DNA from: an uncultured Bacilli bacterium
Lineage (GTDB): Bacteria; Bacillota_I; Bacilli_A; RF39; UBA660
Assembly: GCA_934154785.1 (NCBI GenBank)
Contig: CAKPGL010000001.1
Span: forward strand, 366,477 to 430,476
DNA: 64,000 nt
Direction of reading: 5' to 3'
Part shown: piece after piece, positions 19,543 through 28,473 of the stretch
Numbering within the stretch: position 1 is the first letter of the stretch
Layout of the letters: the number at the start of each line of letters is the position of its first letter
Translations under genes and position numbers: made by a program
The notes under the pieces: generated by a model
Databases searched by the model: none
Seen by the model: the letters and a program-made list of their open reading frames with translations, nothing else
Told to the model about the DNA's origin: nothing

Positions 19543-20709
19543 ATGAGTAATGGTAAAGAAAAGAGTTTAAATACTGAAGAGCAAGAAAAAGTTATAATGA
19601 TTAATGATAATAAGAATGATAAGAATAAAAGTAAACTTAATAAGAGAATTTATATAGATACTCCACTTAGGATATTTGTATTAGCTGGTTTTGTATTTAT
19701 ATTTGCTTTTCTTTCATTAATATTTTTGAAAAAAGGATTGGAAACAAAAACATATACTAGTATTTATTATAGTGAAAAAAGTAATCTAGATTATAAGGTT
19801 TACCTAAAAGAGAATCCTTATTTCAATGAACCTTTTCTTACTAAAGGTAATCAGTATATAGCAAGTTTGATTAATTATATTGATGCGGATTTTAGTTATG
19901 ATTTTAGTGCATCTAATTTAATTGATTACCAATTTCGTTATTTAATTAAAGCTGATGTTACAGTCTATGAAAAAGGAGATACATCTAAGATACTTTATAA
20001 GTCATCTGATACTTTACTTCCAGAAAAAACAGTTCAATACTCTGGAGCAAGTACTTACTCTATTAGAGAGAATGTAAAAATAGATTATGATAAATATAAC
20101 AATATTGTATCATCATTTAAGAGGGATTACTCTTTAGCATTAGAGAGTCAATTAAAGGTTACATTATATGTATTTATGAATGGTACTTATAAAGAGATTA
20201 AACAACCATTATCATCTTCTCAAAATATGAGTTTAACTATTCCATTAACTGAACAAACAATTAATATTTCTATGAATTATAAGGAAGTTAATGATGCTAA
20301 CGTTGTTGAGGAATATTCAAATGTTGAAACAATAAATATTGTATTCTTTGTATTATTTGGTGTATCACTTATTGCTTCATTAGTATTAACTGTTAAATTA
20401 GTTAGATTCTTAAATAAAATTAAGACTAAAGGTACTGAGTATGATAGAATATTAGGAACAATTTTAAAAGATTATGAAGGTATAGTAGCACGTGTTAAAA
20501 AAGTTCCAGATTTTAGTGGTAGAACAGTTATTGAGTTAGAAACTTTTGATGAGATATTGGATATTAGTGAAAAACTAGATAAACCAATCCTATTCATAGA
20601 AATGCATAAACATCAAAAGAGTTGGTTTATAATTGTTAATCATAATGAAATATATAAATATTCTTTAAAACTAGTTGATGTTGATAAAGCTAGTAACGAA
20701 AAGAAATAA
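19543..20709 (+). CDS. bitopic membrane protein (hypothetical), a candidate accessory or anchor component of the fibre locus
   Basis: Charged N-terminus, a TM helix at about residues 45-65, a ~190-aa extracytoplasmic domain, a second TM helix (INIVFFVLFGVSLIASLVLTV), then a ~100-aa cytoplasmic tail. Last gene before a terminator. Confidence 0.4.
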   Translation: MSNGKEKSLNTEEQEKVIMINDNKNDKNKSKLNKRIYIDTPLRIFVLAGFVFIFAFLSLIFLKKGLETKTYTSIYYSEKSNLDYKVYLKENPYFNEPFLTKGNQYIASLINYIDADFSYDFSASNLIDYQFRYLIKADVTVYEKGDTSKILYKSSDTLLPEKTVQYSGASTYSIRENVKIDYDKYNNIVSSFKRDYSLALESQLKVTLYVFMNGTYKEIKQPLSSSQNMSLTIPLTEQTINISMNYKEVNDANVVEEYSNVETINIVFFVLFGVSLIASLVLTVKLVRFLNKIKTKGTEYDRILGTILKDYEGIVARVKKVPDFSGRTVIELETFDEILDISEKLDKPILFIEMHKHQKSWFIIVNHNEIYKYSLKLVDVDKASNEKK

Positions 20710-20712
20710 CAT

Positions 20713-20746
20713 AAGCATATGAAGCATAGTTTATATGCTTTTTGTT
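20713..20746 (+). terminator. rho-independent terminator
   Basis: aagcatat...atatgctt stem followed by a T-run. Confidence 0.5.
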
Positions 20747-20822
20747 TTATTATTGTGTAAAACAAAAATGTTTATCTTGTTATTAAAAGGTATTTTAGTG
20801 TATAATATCATTGAGGTTAAAT

Positions 20823-21455
20823 ATGGAAGATTTGTATAAATATGAAAAAGAATTATATAATAAAAATATAGAATATATTGGTGGTGTTGATGAAGTTGGT
20901 AGAGGTCCTTTAGTAGGACCAGTAGTTGCAGCTTGTGTCGTACTACCAAAAGACTTTGTATTAGAAGGATTAACTGATTCTAAAAAATTAAGTGAGAAAA
21001 AAAGAGATTTATTTTATGAATATATTAATGAGCATTCCTTAGCGTGGGATGTTGGTATAATAGGACCAGAAATAATTGATGAGGTTAATATATATGCTGC
21101 AACTAAACTGGCTATGAAAGAAGCTATTAATAAAGTAAGAAAAAAAATAAATGTTGAACATGTATTAATAGATGCTATGCCACTTGAAATTGATATTCCA
21201 ACGACATCAATTATAAAAGGTGATGCAAAAAGTATTTCTATTGCGGCAGCAAGTGTTATGGCAAAAGTAACTAGAGATAGAATGATGTACGAGTTAGATA
21301 AAAAGTATCCAGAGTATGGTTTTGGTTCTCATAAAGGTTATCCTACTAAAAAACATGTAGAAGCTATAAAAAAATATGGTTTAATAGATGGTTATAGAAA
21401 GTCTTATGGTCCTGTAAAAGAAATATTGGAGGGTGAAATTAATGCAACAAAATAG
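20823..21455 (+). CDS. rnhB: ribonuclease HII
   Basis: GVDEVGRGPLVGPVV and the DDSKKLSEKKR motif. Start taken at the ATG after a GAGG RBS; the ORF track starts at an upstream TTG. Confidence 0.85.
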   Translation: MEDLYKYEKELYNKNIEYIGGVDEVGRGPLVGPVVAACVVLPKDFVLEGLTDSKKLSEKKRDLFYEYINEHSLAWDVGIIGPEIIDEVNIYAATKLAMKEAINKVRKKINVEHVLIDAMPLEIDIPTTSIIKGDAKSISIAAASVMAKVTRDRMMYELDKKYPEYGFGSHKGYPTKKHVEAIKKYGLIDGYRKSYGPVKEILEGEINATK

Positions 21456-21693
21456 TTTTCAAAAAAACGGTTTATTAAATGTAAATCCCTCACCAAATAA
21501 TACTTACAATACTGGTAATTTTGGAAGAAGAAGTATACAAGATATAAAAGATGATATGTATAAGGCTAAAACTAAGAATTTTTCTAATTCTAATATGAAT
21601 GATAATAAACAGCCTACTAATTTAAATAATCTTGGTCAAAACGATCATCGGCAAAGAGTAGAAAATTTACAAAACTTTAATAGATGGAAGTGA
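21442..21693 (+). CDS. N/Q-rich low-complexity protein (hypothetical)
   Basis: ORF with a GGAGGGTGA RBS that overlaps the rnhB 3' end. Compositionally biased. Confidence 0.3.
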   Translation: MQQNSFQKNGLLNVNPSPNNTYNTGNFGRRSIQDIKDDMYKAKTKNFSNSNMNDNKQPTNLNNLGQNDHRQRVENLQNFNRWK

Positions 21694-21697
21694 TTAT

Positions 21698-22432
21698 ATG
21701 TTTGATATTTTTAAAAAGAAAAATCAGCCTACTAATGAGTCTGTTCCCCAAAATGACTTTTTAAGTAATGAAAATGCAGCTTTTAATACTGTTTCAAGTG
21801 AAGACGATTCATTTAAGGATTCTCCAGATTATCAAAGTTTAGTGTATCAAGAGCCTGTATATAATGTACCTAAATATAAAGCTAGTAATTTAAGTAATAT
21901 AGGTGTTGTTGTTAATAGTACAGATGTAGGCTTTGATAAAAATGCTATTAACCCTAATATAAAAACTATAGATATACCAAGTAATGAACAAGAAGAATTA
22001 AATAAATCTATAAAAACAGAAGAGCCAGTTGAGTTATTAGATATATTTTCACCTGCAGATGTAGAAAAAGAAGATGTTATACCAGATGTTTTAAATAATA
22101 ATATAAATGATAATATAAATAATAACTCAAATAGTGAAGAAATTAAAAATAGTATTCAAACTGAGAATAAAGAAAAAGAAAAAAATAGCAGTATTTTTAT
22201 GAATAATAACAATGAAGCTATTGGCATTTCTATATTTGGTTCTAATGATGGCGTAACAAACAAGAATAATTATACTTCAAGCAATCAATTTGAAGAACAA
22301 AAACAGGAGTTAACAAAAGAAGTAGAGTATACTAGTGATGGTAATAAGATATGTCCAAATTGTGGTGCAATACTTAAACCTGATGCCCCAGTATGTTTTA
22401 TGTGTAGTAAAAGTTTTATTTTAAAAAAATAA
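21698..22432 (+). CDS. N-rich low-complexity protein with a C-terminal zinc ribbon
   Basis: Ends with CPNCGAILKPDAPVCFMCS (a CxxC...CxxC motif). Good RBS. Confidence 0.4.
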   Translation: MFDIFKKKNQPTNESVPQNDFLSNENAAFNTVSSEDDSFKDSPDYQSLVYQEPVYNVPKYKASNLSNIGVVVNSTDVGFDKNAINPNIKTIDIPSNEQEELNKSIKTEEPVELLDIFSPADVEKEDVIPDVLNNNINDNINNNSNSEEIKNSIQTENKEKEKNSSIFMNNNNEAIGISIFGSNDGVTNKNNYTSSNQFEEQKQELTKEVEYTSDGNKICPNCGAILKPDAPVCFMCSKSFILKK

Positions 22433-22592
22433 TATTTCACTAAAACTTCAATAGATTATCACATTCGTATATTACAATTAATATGTCGGAGGTGATAGAT
22501 GATATATTAATAAAAACAAAGACATTATAAAACAATAAAAACGTACACTCCTTACTATACTAAAAAACTTACCTTAAAATAAAATATAAATT

Positions 22593-22620
22593 AAAGAAAC
22601 AGCTCCCTGTTTCTTTTCTG
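22593..22620 (+). terminator. rho-independent terminator
   Basis: aaagaaacag-ctcc-ctgtttcttt, a 10-bp stem with T-rich 3' flank. Confidence 0.55.
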
Positions 22621-22718
22621 TTTAATAGAGTTATCTATAGATGTTTATAATTTATTTTATAAAAATATTTTTATTGCTAAAAAGCATTTTATAATATATA
22701 ATTGTTCTGGGTGATTTT

Positions 22719-24908
22719 ATGAAAAAACCAGAACTTTTAGCCCCGGCTGGTAGCATGGATAGTTTATATGCTGCAATTATGGCTGGTTGTGATGCTGTTT
22801 ATTTAAGTGGTTACATGTTTGGTGCTAGACAATTTGCTACTAACTTTTCTGAAGAAGAAATAAAAAGTGCTATAAATATTTGTCATTTATATGGTGTAAA
22901 AGTTTATGTAACTGTTAATACTTTAATTTATGACGCTGAAGTAGAAACATTTTTAAATTATATAGATTTTTTACATAAGAATAATGTTGATGCAGTATTA
23001 ATTCAAGATATAGGAATGTTAGATTTAGTAAGACAAACTTATCCTAATTTAGAAGTTCATGCTTCTACACAAATGCATATTCATAATATGGATGGCATTA
23101 AATTTTGTGAAAAAATGGGTATTAAAAGAGTTGTCTTAGCACGTGAAACTAGTATTGATAATATAAAAGATATTAGAGATAATACAGATTTAGAATTAGA
23201 AGTATTTGTTCATGGTGCTCTTTGTATTAGTTATTCTGGTCAATGTTTAATGAGTAGTTTAATTGGTGGTAGAAGTGGTAACCGTGGTGCTTGTGCTGGT
23301 AGTTGCAGGTTACCATATAAAATAGTTGATTCTAAGAATAAAAAATATAATAAAGATAATTATCCTATTAGTACTAAAGACCTTTCTACTTTAGATAATA
23401 TTGGTAAACTGATAGATGTAGGTGTAGATTCTTTAAAAATAGAAGGAAGAATGAAAAGACCAGAATATGTTTATTTAGTAGTTTCACTTTATAGAAAAGC
23501 AATTGATTCTTATATAAGTAACCATAAAGTTGATATTTCTCTTTCGGATATTAAAGAAATGAAAAAAATATTTAATCGTATGTTTACTAAAGGATTTTTA
23601 TTTAATGATGATAATGATAATATAGTTAATCCTTATCGCCCTAATCATTTAGGTATAGAAGTAGGTAAAGTTATTAATTATAAGAATAATCTTGTAACAG
23701 TAAAACTTAATGATACTTTATCTTTAAACGATGGTATAAGAATTATCGAAAGAGATTTAGGATGCACTTTAACTAGTATGTTTAATAATCATAAAAAGGT
23801 TATTACCGCAAAAAATGGAGATATTATCTCCTTTAAATTGGAAGGTAACATTAAAGTAGGAGATACCTTAGTTAAAACTACTGACTATAATCAACTTATA
23901 AATATTCAAAATATTATTAAAGAAAGTAAACGTAAAGTTTTAATAAATGGTAATATAACTATTAAAGCTAATAAACCTATAATATTAGAAGTAAGTGATG
24001 GTAAGAATATTATAACATTAGAAAAAGGAATTGCCTCTAAAGCAATTAATAATCCTCTTACAGAAGATGATATTAAAAAGCAAATAGATAGACTTGGTAA
24101 TACAATATATAAGTTTTCTTCTTTAACAATAGATACAGATAATAATTCTTTTATAAATAACAAAGATTTAAACAATATAAGAAGAGAAGTAATAGAACTT
24201 CTAAATAATAAAAGATTATATGATATTAACTATAAAAAATGTAATTACACCCGTAACATAGAAGTATTACCAGATAATAAAATAATGTGTACTTTAATAG
24301 ATAGTATGGATATGTATAATAAAATTAAAAATGATTCTTATAAATATATTTATATAGAAAATAAAAACTTATATAATGAATTAAAAAGTGATACTAGAGT
24401 AGTATTAAAACTACCTAGAGTTATAGAACATAGCACTTTACATGATGAACCTTTAATGATTAGTGAATTAGGTAGTCTTGCTAATAAAAATATAATAGTT
24501 TCAGATTTTTCTTTAAATGTTGTTAATTCTTATTCTGTTGCGTTACTACATAGTCTAGGTGTAAATAGAGTAACTTTATCTTATGAACTATCAAAAGAAC
24601 AAATAAAAACACTTATCAATAACTTTTATAAAAGATATAATGTTTATCCAAATCTAGAACTAATTGCGTATTCTAAAATAGAAACTATGGTAAGTAAATT
24701 TAATATCAATGATTATTATAAAACCAAAGAAAATTTATTTTTAGTAGATAAATTTAATAATCACTATATAATAAAAAATAGAAATGGTTATATGTATATA
24801 ATTGATTACAAAGACCATTTTATTACTGACTATAAAGAATACTATAATCTAGGTATTAATAGTATTAGATTTGAATTTGTTAATACTGATTATAGAAAGT
24901 TTAATTAA
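22719..24908 (+). CDS. U32-family peptidase-like protein (729 aa, with a C-terminal extension)
   Basis: Peptidase U32 signature EVFVHGALCISYSGQCLMSS. Confidence 0.8.
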   Translation: MKKPELLAPAGSMDSLYAAIMAGCDAVYLSGYMFGARQFATNFSEEEIKSAINICHLYGVKVYVTVNTLIYDAEVETFLNYIDFLHKNNVDAVLIQDIGMLDLVRQTYPNLEVHASTQMHIHNMDGIKFCEKMGIKRVVLARETSIDNIKDIRDNTDLELEVFVHGALCISYSGQCLMSSLIGGRSGNRGACAGSCRLPYKIVDSKNKKYNKDNYPISTKDLSTLDNIGKLIDVGVDSLKIEGRMKRPEYVYLVVSLYRKAIDSYISNHKVDISLSDIKEMKKIFNRMFTKGFLFNDDNDNIVNPYRPNHLGIEVGKVINYKNNLVTVKLNDTLSLNDGIRIIERDLGCTLTSMFNNHKKVITAKNGDIISFKLEGNIKVGDTLVKTTDYNQLINIQNIIKESKRKVLINGNITIKANKPIILEVSDGKNIITLEKGIASKAINNPLTEDDIKKQIDRLGNTIYKFSSLTIDTDNNSFINNKDLNNIRREVIELLNNKRLYDINYKKCNYTRNIEVLPDNKIMCTLIDSMDMYNKIKNDSYKYIYIENKNLYNELKSDTRVVLKLPRVIEHSTLHDEPLMISELGSLANKNIIVSDFSLNVVNSYSVALLHSLGVNRVTLSYELSKEQIKTLINNFYKRYNVYPNLELIAYSKIETMVSKFNINDYYKTKENLFLVDKFNNHYIIKNRNGYMYIIDYKDHFITDYKEYYNLGINSIRFEFVNTDYRKFN

Positions 24909-24932
24909 AGAAGATAGATGTCTTCTTTTTTC
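24909..24932 (+). terminator. weak hairpin with a T-run after the U32 gene
   Basis: agaaga-tagatg-tcttct followed by TTTTTT. Confidence 0.45.
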
Positions 24933-24993
24933 TTTAAAACACTTTTAATTTAATAAAAAAAAAGGTATAATTATGATAATGGAGAGGATATTT

Positions 24994-26268
24994 ATGATAG
25001 TTGGTAAAAAATTAGATTTTGGTAAGGAATTGTCTAAATATAATAAAGTTAATACTTTTTTAAAACCTAAATATATATATATTCCATTAGTAAGTGGTAG
25101 TGATAAAAATATAACAATAGTTGCTAAAAAGGGGGATTATGTATATAAAGGTAGTATTGTAGGTAAAAGTAAAGGAAACTTTCGTATACCTATTTACTCT
25201 AGTGTAAGTGGTATTGTTTTAGGCTATGAAGAAAAATCTTATCTAGATGGAACTAAAGTAAAATGTATTAAAATAGAAAATGACTTTAAAGAACAAACTC
25301 TATCTAATAGTAGAGCTGTAAATAAGATAAGTAAATATTCAAAGGAAGATTTTATTAAAGTATTACAAGAATGTGGTGTAATTGGTTTAGGGGGAGCAGG
25401 TTTTCCTACTTATGTTAAATATAATACTGATAAAAAAATAGATACTTTAATAGTAAACGCTGTTGAATGTGAACCTTATATTACTTCTGACTATGTATTA
25501 GTAAATGATAAATTAGAAGAAGTACTAGAAGCTATGGACGCTGTTATAGAAATAAATGGTATTAAAGAAGGTATTATTGCTATTAAAAAGAGTAATAGTG
25601 ATTTAATAAAAAGATTTTCTAATTATTTAGGAACTTATCCTAAAATCAGAGTTGTAGGTGTTGATAATATATATCCTGCTGGTTGGGAACGCAGTATAAT
25701 TACTAAAGTTAAAGGTATAGACTATCATAGTTTACCACTAGAAAAAGGAATAGTTGTAAATAATGTATCAACTATGTACGCTATATATGAAGCTCTTAAG
25801 TATCATAAACCTTTAGTCGAGAGAATTGTAACTTTTACAGGTGAATCTTTAAAAACTCCACAAAATGTCTTAGTAAAAAATGGTACTCTTGTTACTGATA
25901 TTATAGAGTATTTAGGTGGTACTATAAATAATGATTATCTTTTAATAGCGGGTGGTCCAATGATGGGTAGTGATATAGAAGATAAAGATTTAGTTATAAC
26001 GGCTAATCTTAATTGTGTATTATTAAAAGAACCATTAGAAGATATAATAGTAAATTGTATGCGTTGTGGAAAATGTACTAACGTTTGTCCAGCACATTTG
26101 TCACCAGTTTTAATAAAAGATAATTTAGATAATGTAAAAAAACTATGTAAATTAAGAGCAAAACGTTGCATTGGTTGTGGTCTATGTTCTTATGTTTGCC
26201 CATCAAAAATTAGATTACGTGAATTAGTTGGTGAAGCTAAGAAAAAGATAGATAGTGGGGTGAAATAA
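24994..26268 (+). CDS. rnfC: RnfC-like electron-transport subunit (NADH-binding, 2x[4Fe-4S])
   Basis: GGAGFPTYVKYN (SLBB/51K-type motif) and two ferredoxin motifs, CMRCGKCTNVCP and CIGCGLCSYVCP. Start taken at MIVGKK after a GGAGAGG RBS. Confidence 0.7.
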   Translation: MIVGKKLDFGKELSKYNKVNTFLKPKYIYIPLVSGSDKNITIVAKKGDYVYKGSIVGKSKGNFRIPIYSSVSGIVLGYEEKSYLDGTKVKCIKIENDFKEQTLSNSRAVNKISKYSKEDFIKVLQECGVIGLGGAGFPTYVKYNTDKKIDTLIVNAVECEPYITSDYVLVNDKLEEVLEAMDAVIEINGIKEGIIAIKKSNSDLIKRFSNYLGTYPKIRVVGVDNIYPAGWERSIITKVKGIDYHSLPLEKGIVVNNVSTMYAIYEALKYHKPLVERIVTFTGESLKTPQNVLVKNGTLVTDIIEYLGGTINNDYLLIAGGPMMGSDIEDKDLVITANLNCVLLKEPLEDIIVNCMRCGKCTNVCPAHLSPVLIKDNLDNVKKLCKLRAKRCIGCGLCSYVCPSKIRLRELVGEAKKKIDSGVK

Positions 26269-26269
26269 T

Positions 26270-28036
26270 ATGGCTAAAATTGGACCTTTTATTAAAAGTA
26301 AAAATACCACTAATAAAATGATGCTTAATTTACTAGTATCTTTAATTCCAATTATAGTTTTTACGGTTTATAAAAATGGTGTTCTACCTTATCAAGCCGG
26401 TAAAATAGAATTTGTATATATTTTGTATCCTTTATTATTTATATTATTACCAGCACTAGTTTCATTCTTAATAGAAACTATATACGCAATAATATTTTTA
26501 AAGAAGAGAAATAAAGATATATTTAAGTATATTAAATCATCATATAGTTTCTTTCCTGGTTTGTTTTTGGGATTAATTCTTCCTATAAATATGCCTATTT
26601 GGATAGTATTACTAGGAGCAGTCATTGCATCACTTAGTAAGATGATATTTGGTGGATTTGGTAAAAATTGGTTTAATCCAGCCTTAGTAGGATATTTATT
26701 TATATTTATATTTTTTACTAGTTATTTTCAAATAAATGGAGGATATTTAAATAAGTTAGAGGTTGATACTATTAGTACTTCAACTCCTCTTACTAATTCT
26801 ATTGTTGTAGAGGGAATAGGAGATTATGATTCTTTAGTTAAACCTTATGGAAGTCTAGTAAATTTCTTTACTGGAATGATACCAGGTTCAATAGGAGAAA
26901 CAAGTACTTTACTTTGTTTAGTAGCGTTTATTTATTTAACAATATCAGGTGTAATTAAATGGAAAATACCTATTGTTTATGTATTAACTGTATTTTTTGC
27001 TACATTCTTAATTGGTAATATAAATAATTTAGGTATTTGGTATCCTTTATTTCAAATATTAAGTGGAGGCTTAATGTTTGGAGCGGTATTTATGGCAACT
27101 GATCCAGTAACTAGTCCTACTACGACACAAGGACAAATACTATATGGTTTATTCTTAGGAATACTTACTGTTGGTATTAGATACTTATCACCTTTACCTG
27201 AAGGAGTATTTATTAGTATTTTAGTAATGAATATATTTGTTAAAGTATTAGATACAATAGGTTATAAAGCTAAATTTGATTTTAGAGTATCATTACTTCC
27301 TTATATTGTAGTATGGATTCTTATAATTGGTTTAGGTTTCTATGTTGGAAATGATTACGCCAAAAAATCATCTTTAGTTGATAGTAACTTTAATATAGTA
27401 TCAAAAGAAACTAAAGGTAATAAAACAACTTATATTGTAACAGAGAAAGGTTATGTTGCTAATATCAAAGCAGAAGTAGTTATTAATAAAGAAAAAATAT
27501 TATCTTATAGGGTATTAGAACAAAGTGAATCATTCTATTATAAGATATATGATAGTAATTACTTAGATACATTAGTTAATAATCAATTTAGTTTAAAAGA
27601 TGTTGATACTGTAAGTGGCGCAACAGTTACTAGTAAGGCTTTAAAGAAATTGTTACAGAATGTACTTAAAGATTATAATAATTCTGATATACCAGACGAT
27701 GTAGAAGAAGAAAAAGATTTTGAAGTATTAAATATTGAAGACAATATAGATAATGTTATTTATAATGTTAGCAAAAAAAGTTTTGGTGGCAACTTAGAAC
27801 TTAAAATTACTTTTGTACATGATGTTATTGAAGAAATAACTATCGTAAATCAAAATGATTCTTATATGGGTTTAGTTATTGATGCTGATTTTATAAATAC
27901 ATTAATACGTAATCAACAAGATTTAGATAATGTTGATACTGTAAGTGGCGCAACAATTAGTTCAACAGCTATTAAAGATGCAGTTATAAAAACTATTGAA
28001 GCATATAATGCAAATAAACAAGAAGTTACAGAATAA
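26270..28036 (+). CDS. rnfD: RnfD/NqrB-family membrane subunit fused to two C-terminal FMN-binding (RnfG-like) domains
   Basis: FMATDPVTSP motif of RnfD/NqrB within a polytopic domain. The C-terminal domains have DTVSGATVTSKAL and DTVSGATISSTAI (the [S/T]GAT flavinylation motif). It starts 1 nt after the rnfC stop. Confidence 0.65.
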   Translation: MAKIGPFIKSKNTTNKMMLNLLVSLIPIIVFTVYKNGVLPYQAGKIEFVYILYPLLFILLPALVSFLIETIYAIIFLKKRNKDIFKYIKSSYSFFPGLFLGLILPINMPIWIVLLGAVIASLSKMIFGGFGKNWFNPALVGYLFIFIFFTSYFQINGGYLNKLEVDTISTSTPLTNSIVVEGIGDYDSLVKPYGSLVNFFTGMIPGSIGETSTLLCLVAFIYLTISGVIKWKIPIVYVLTVFFATFLIGNINNLGIWYPLFQILSGGLMFGAVFMATDPVTSPTTTQGQILYGLFLGILTVGIRYLSPLPEGVFISILVMNIFVKVLDTIGYKAKFDFRVSLLPYIVVWILIIGLGFYVGNDYAKKSSLVDSNFNIVSKETKGNKTTYIVTEKGYVANIKAEVVINKEKILSYRVLEQSESFYYKIYDSNYLDTLVNNQFSLKDVDTVSGATVTSKALKKLLQNVLKDYNNSDIPDDVEEEKDFEVLNIEDNIDNVIYNVSKKSFGGNLELKITFVHDVIEEITIVNQNDSYMGLVIDADFINTLIRNQQDLDNVDTVSGATISSTAIKDAVIKTIEAYNANKQEVTE

Positions 28037-28232
28037 AATAAAAATGATGATTAGAAAATAATGTTTGAACTGAATCCTAAAAGTTGGATAGTTTATAACA
28101 ATTTCTAATTATCATTTTTTTATAAATATTCTAAATTTTTTCTTGTATCTAGAACAAACGTTTAATATAATTTTGCACAGGGACATTTAATAAGTTGGGT
28201 GGAGCCAAACTTCAGTGAAGGGAGGCGATAAT

Positions 28233-28316
28233 ATGAACAAGAAAGATTTTTTAATTCTTTCTCAAGTAATTACTATCTTCCTTTTAATATTATTACTATT
28301 TATAGTTTTGATATAA
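28233..28316 (+). CDS. 27-aa hydrophobic peptide (hypothetical small membrane protein or toxin-like)
   Basis: ATG preceded by a GGGAGG RBS. MNKKDFLILSQVITIFLLILLLFIVLI. A strong hairpin lies immediately downstream. Confidence 0.3.
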   Translation: MNKKDFLILSQVITIFLLILLLFIVLI

Positions 28317-28324
28317 AAGAAAAT

Positions 28325-28348
28325 CCACCTAACCGCTAAGTTAGGTGG
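28325..28348. terminator. strong stem-loop, likely a bidirectional terminator (the T-rich flank is on the minus-strand side)
   Basis: ccacctaa-ccgctaag-ttaggtgg. A T-rich run follows on the minus strand. Confidence 0.45.
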
Positions 28349-28447
28349 AAACCAAAAACTTTTGGCAACACTCAACATGCACATTAAGTGTTCCTTTTAT
28401 TATATGCAAGTTTCCTTGACACATACATAATAACATATTTTTAGTTG

Positions 28448-28473
28448 ATTGTCAAAGAGTCTGTTCTAATTTT
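28448..28473. repeat. direct repeat copy 1 (attgtcaaagagtctgttctaatttt), just 3' of the KilA-N gene stop
   Basis: 24 of 26 positions match copy 2 at 29412..29437. On the minus strand it encodes a KLEQTL* pseudo-C-terminus. Confidence 0.7.
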
